From Eledone cirrhosa (taxonomy: Eukaryota): DNA of 64,000 nt. The position numbers and the translations under genes are program-made. This document shows positions 61,030-64,000 of this stretch, piece after piece. How positions within the stretch are numbered: the stretch's first letter is position 1; each line of letters starts with the position of its first letter. The DNA is taken from contig OZ024755.1 in the NCBI GenBank assembly GCA_964016885.1, positions 44,206,001 through 44,270,000 on the forward strand. The letters run 5' to 3'. The notes under the pieces were generated by a model, which was given only the letters and a program-made list of their open reading frames with translations, searched no databases and was not told the origin of the DNA.

Positions 61030-64000
61030 ACATATACTGTGTACCACAGTTGGCAGTACCAACATATAATGTGTACCTCAGTTGACAGTACCAACATATA
61101 CTGTGTACCACAGTTGACAGTTCCAACGTATACTGTGTACCACAGTTGACAGTACCAACGTATACTGTGTACCACAGTTGACAGTACCAATATATACTGT
61201 GTAACACAGTTGACAATACCAACATATAATGTGTACCACAGTTGACAGTACCAACGTATACTGTGAACCACTGTTGGCAATACCAACATATACTGTGTAC
61301 TACAGTTGACAGAACCAACATATACAGTGTACCACAGTTGACAGTACCAACATATACTGTGTACCACAGTTGACAGTACCAACATATACTGTGTACCACA
61401 GTTGACAGTACCAACATATACTGTGTACCACAGTTCACAGTACCAACGTATACTGTGTACCACATTTGACATTACCAACATATACTGTGTACCACAGTTG
61501 ACAGTACCAACATATACTGTGTACCACTTTTGACAGTACCAACATATACCGTGTATCACATTTGACAGTACCAACATATACTGTGTACCACTGTTGACAG
61601 TACCAACATATACTGTGTACCACAGTTGACAGTACCAACATGTACCGTGTACCACAGTTGACAGTACCAACGTATACTGTGTACCACAGTTGACAATACC
61701 AACATATACTGTGTACCACAGTTGACAGTACCAACATATACTGTGTACCACAGTTGAAAGTACCAACGTATACTGTGTACCACAGTTGACAACACCAACA
61801 TATACTGTGTACCACAGTTGACAGTACCAACATATACTGTATACCACAGTTGACAGTACCAACATATACTGTGTACCACAGTTGACAGTACCAACATATA
61901 CTGTGTACCACAGTTGACAGTACCAACATATACTGTATACCAGAGTTGACAGTACCAACATATACTGTGTACCACTGTTGACAGTACCAACATATACAGT
62001 GTACCACAGTTGACATTACCAACATATACTGTGTACCACAGCTGACAATACCAACATATACTTGTACCTCAGTTGACAGTACTACCATATATTGTGTACC
62101 ACCGTTGACAATACCAACGTATACTGTGTACGACAGTTGACAGTACCAACGTATACTGTGCACCACAGTTGACAGTACCAACATATACTGTGTACCACAG
62201 TTGACAATACCAACATATACTGTGTACCACAGTTGACAATACCAACACATATAGTGTACCAGAGTTGACAATACCAACACATATAGTGTACCACAGTTGA
62301 CAGTACCAACGTATACTGTGTACCACAGTTGCCAATGCCAACATATACTGTGTACCACAGTTGAGAGTACCAACATGTACCGTGTACCACAGTTGACAGT
62401 ACCAACGTATACTGTGTACCACAGTTGACAGTACCAACGTATACTGTTTACCACAGTTGACAATACCAACATATACTGTGTACCTCAGTTGACAGTACCC
62501 ACATATACTGTGTACCACAGTTGACAGTTCCAACATATAAGGTGTACCACTGTTGATACTACCGACATATACTGTGTAGCACAGTTGACAGTACTAACAT
62601 ATATTGTGTACCACAGTTGAGAGTACCACCATATACTGGGTACCACTGTTGACAGTACCAACATATACTGTGTACCACAGTTGACAGTACCAACATATAC
62701 TGTGTACCATAGTTGACAGTACCAACATATCCTGTGTACCTCAGTTGTCAGTACCAACATATACTGTATACCACAGTTGACAGTACCAACATATACTGTG
62801 TACCTCTGTTGACAGTACCAACATATACCGTGTACCACAGTTGACAGTACCAACATATACTGTGTACCACAGCTGACACTACCAACATATACTTGTACCT
62901 CAATTGACAGTACTACCATATATTGTGTACCACCGTTGACAATACCAACGTATACTGTGTACCACAGTTGACAGTACCAACGTATACTGTGCACCACAGT
63001 TGACAGTACCAACATATACTGTGTACCACAGTTGACAATACCAACATATACTGTGTACCACAGTTGACAATACCAACACATATAGTGTACCACAGTTGAC
63101 AGTACCAACGTATACTGTGTACCACAGTTGCCAATGCCAACATATACTGTGTACCACAGTTGAGAGTACCAACATGTAACGTGTACCACAGTTGACACTA
63201 CCAACGTATACTGTGTACCACAGTTGACAATACCAACATATACTGTGTACCACAGTTGACAGTACCAACATATACTGTGTACCACAGTTGAAAGTACCAA
63301 CGTATACTGTGTACCACAGTTGACAACACCAACATATACTGTGTACCACAGTTGACAGTACCAACATATACTGTATACCACAGTTGACAGTACCAACATA
63401 TACTGTGTACCACAGTTGACAGTACCAACATATACTGTGTACCACAGTTGACAGTACCAACATATACTGTATACCACAGTTGACAGTACCAACATATACT
63501 GTGTACCACTGTTGACAGTACCAACATATACCGTGTACCACAGTTGACAGTACCAACATATACTGTGTACCACAGCTGACACTACCAACATATACTTGTA
63601 CCTCAGTTGACAGTACTACCATATATTGTGTACCACCGTTGACAATACCAACGTATACTGTGTACCACAGTTGACAGTACCAACGTATACTGTGCACCAC
63701 AGTTGACAGTACCAAAATATACTGTGTACCACAGTTGACAATACCAACATATACTGTGTACCACAGTTGACAATACCAACACATATAGTGTACCACAGTT
63801 GACAGTACCAACGTATACTGTGTACCACAGTTGCCAATGCCAACATATACTGTGTACCACAGTTGAGAGTACCAACATATACTGTGTACCACAGTTGACA
63901 GTACCAACATATACTGTGTACCACATTTGACAGTACCAACATATACTGTGTACCACAGTTGACAGTACCAATGTATACTGTGTACCACAGTTGACAGTAC
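61030..64000 (+). repeat. Return of sub-family/domain A sequence
   Basis: ORFs 403..840 / 61556..61993 and 916..1383 / 62069..62536 are offset by 61153. 12902.. / 62900.. and 13200..13529 / 63198..63527 are offset by 49998. The A marker TATAAGGTG reappears at ~62536. Confidence 0.8.

Larger units (their letters stand above)
1..64000 (+). repeat. Tandem satellite array, 32-bp monomer ACCAACATATACTGTGTACCACAGTTGACAGT, ~2,000 copies, single orientation, running off both window ends
   Basis: Read directly: monomers start at 1, 33, 65 and so on, and 65-96 is an exact consensus copy. The 32-bp period persists to position 64000 with typically 0-3 substitutions per monomer and rare 1-5 bp indels. 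The ORF track shows the same 32-aa (96-bp) peptide repeat throughout. Confidence 0.99.

Noticed and set aside
19-63988. Hundreds of minus-strand ORFs (up to 846 aa) as real CDSs
   Set aside because: They overlap in all three frames with the same peptide, arise from a stop-free 32-bp unit, are cut at random by point variants and indels, and show no frame preference or unique domain.
1-64000. CRISPR array (32-bp unit with an internal hairpin)
   Set aside because: Monomers abut directly with no unique spacers, and there is no leader or cas gene.
1-64000. Telomerase-synthesised long telomeric repeat (minus strand has TGTGGTAC / TGTTGGTAC, loosely like budding-yeast repeats)
   Set aside because: The resemblance is only a few bases. 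An array of at least 64 kb with inherited variant patterns in multi-kb duplications indicates recombinational amplification, not template copying. A subtelomeric location cannot be excluded.
1-64000. Satellite-encoded hammerhead ribozyme (as in newt, cricket and schistosome satellites)
   Set aside because: The conserved core CUGANGA plus GAAA is absent from both strands of the consensus, and the monomer is too short.
1-64000. Antigenic-variation or diversity-generating cassette library, or information encoded in variant order
   Set aside because: There is no expression locus, recombinase or reverse transcriptase, and no conserved/variable partition. The variant order is adequately explained by nested duplications.
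1-64000. Transposon insertion, inversion or embedded RNA gene within the array
   Set aside because: I saw no non-monomer stretch longer than about 5 bp, and long ORFs stay on the minus strand throughout, which shows constant orientation.
1-64000. Sequencing artefact (rolling-circle or concatemer read)
   Set aside because: Specific variants recur in ordered, hierarchical patterns tens of kb apart, which random errors or a single circular template would not produce. Individual recent duplications still need read validation.

Overview
The whole 64-kb window is one uninterrupted head-to-tail satellite array of about 2,000 copies of a 32-bp monomer (consensus ACCAACATATACTGTGTACCACAGTTGACAGT, 13/32 GC). 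All copies lie in the same orientation, and I saw no inversion, transposon, unique sequence or RNA gene. The hundreds of minus-strand ORFs are artefacts. The reverse-complement monomer has no stop codon and 32 is not a multiple of 3, so every frame reads the same 32-aa repeat (MLVLSTVVHSICWYCQLWYTVYVGTVNCGTQY). The real structure lies in the monomer variants. Diagnostic variants and rare 31/33-bp monomers define nested higher-order repeats and duplications (96, 160, 576, 703, 863, ~2.2k, 3072, ~3.9k, ~5.5-5.8k and ~9.2k bp) and at least two interleaved sub-families. This looks like eukaryotic heterochromatic or centromere-type satellite DNA (inference; I cannot identify the organism). I found no support for a novel gene-encoded system. 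All block boundaries were read by eye and are approximate.
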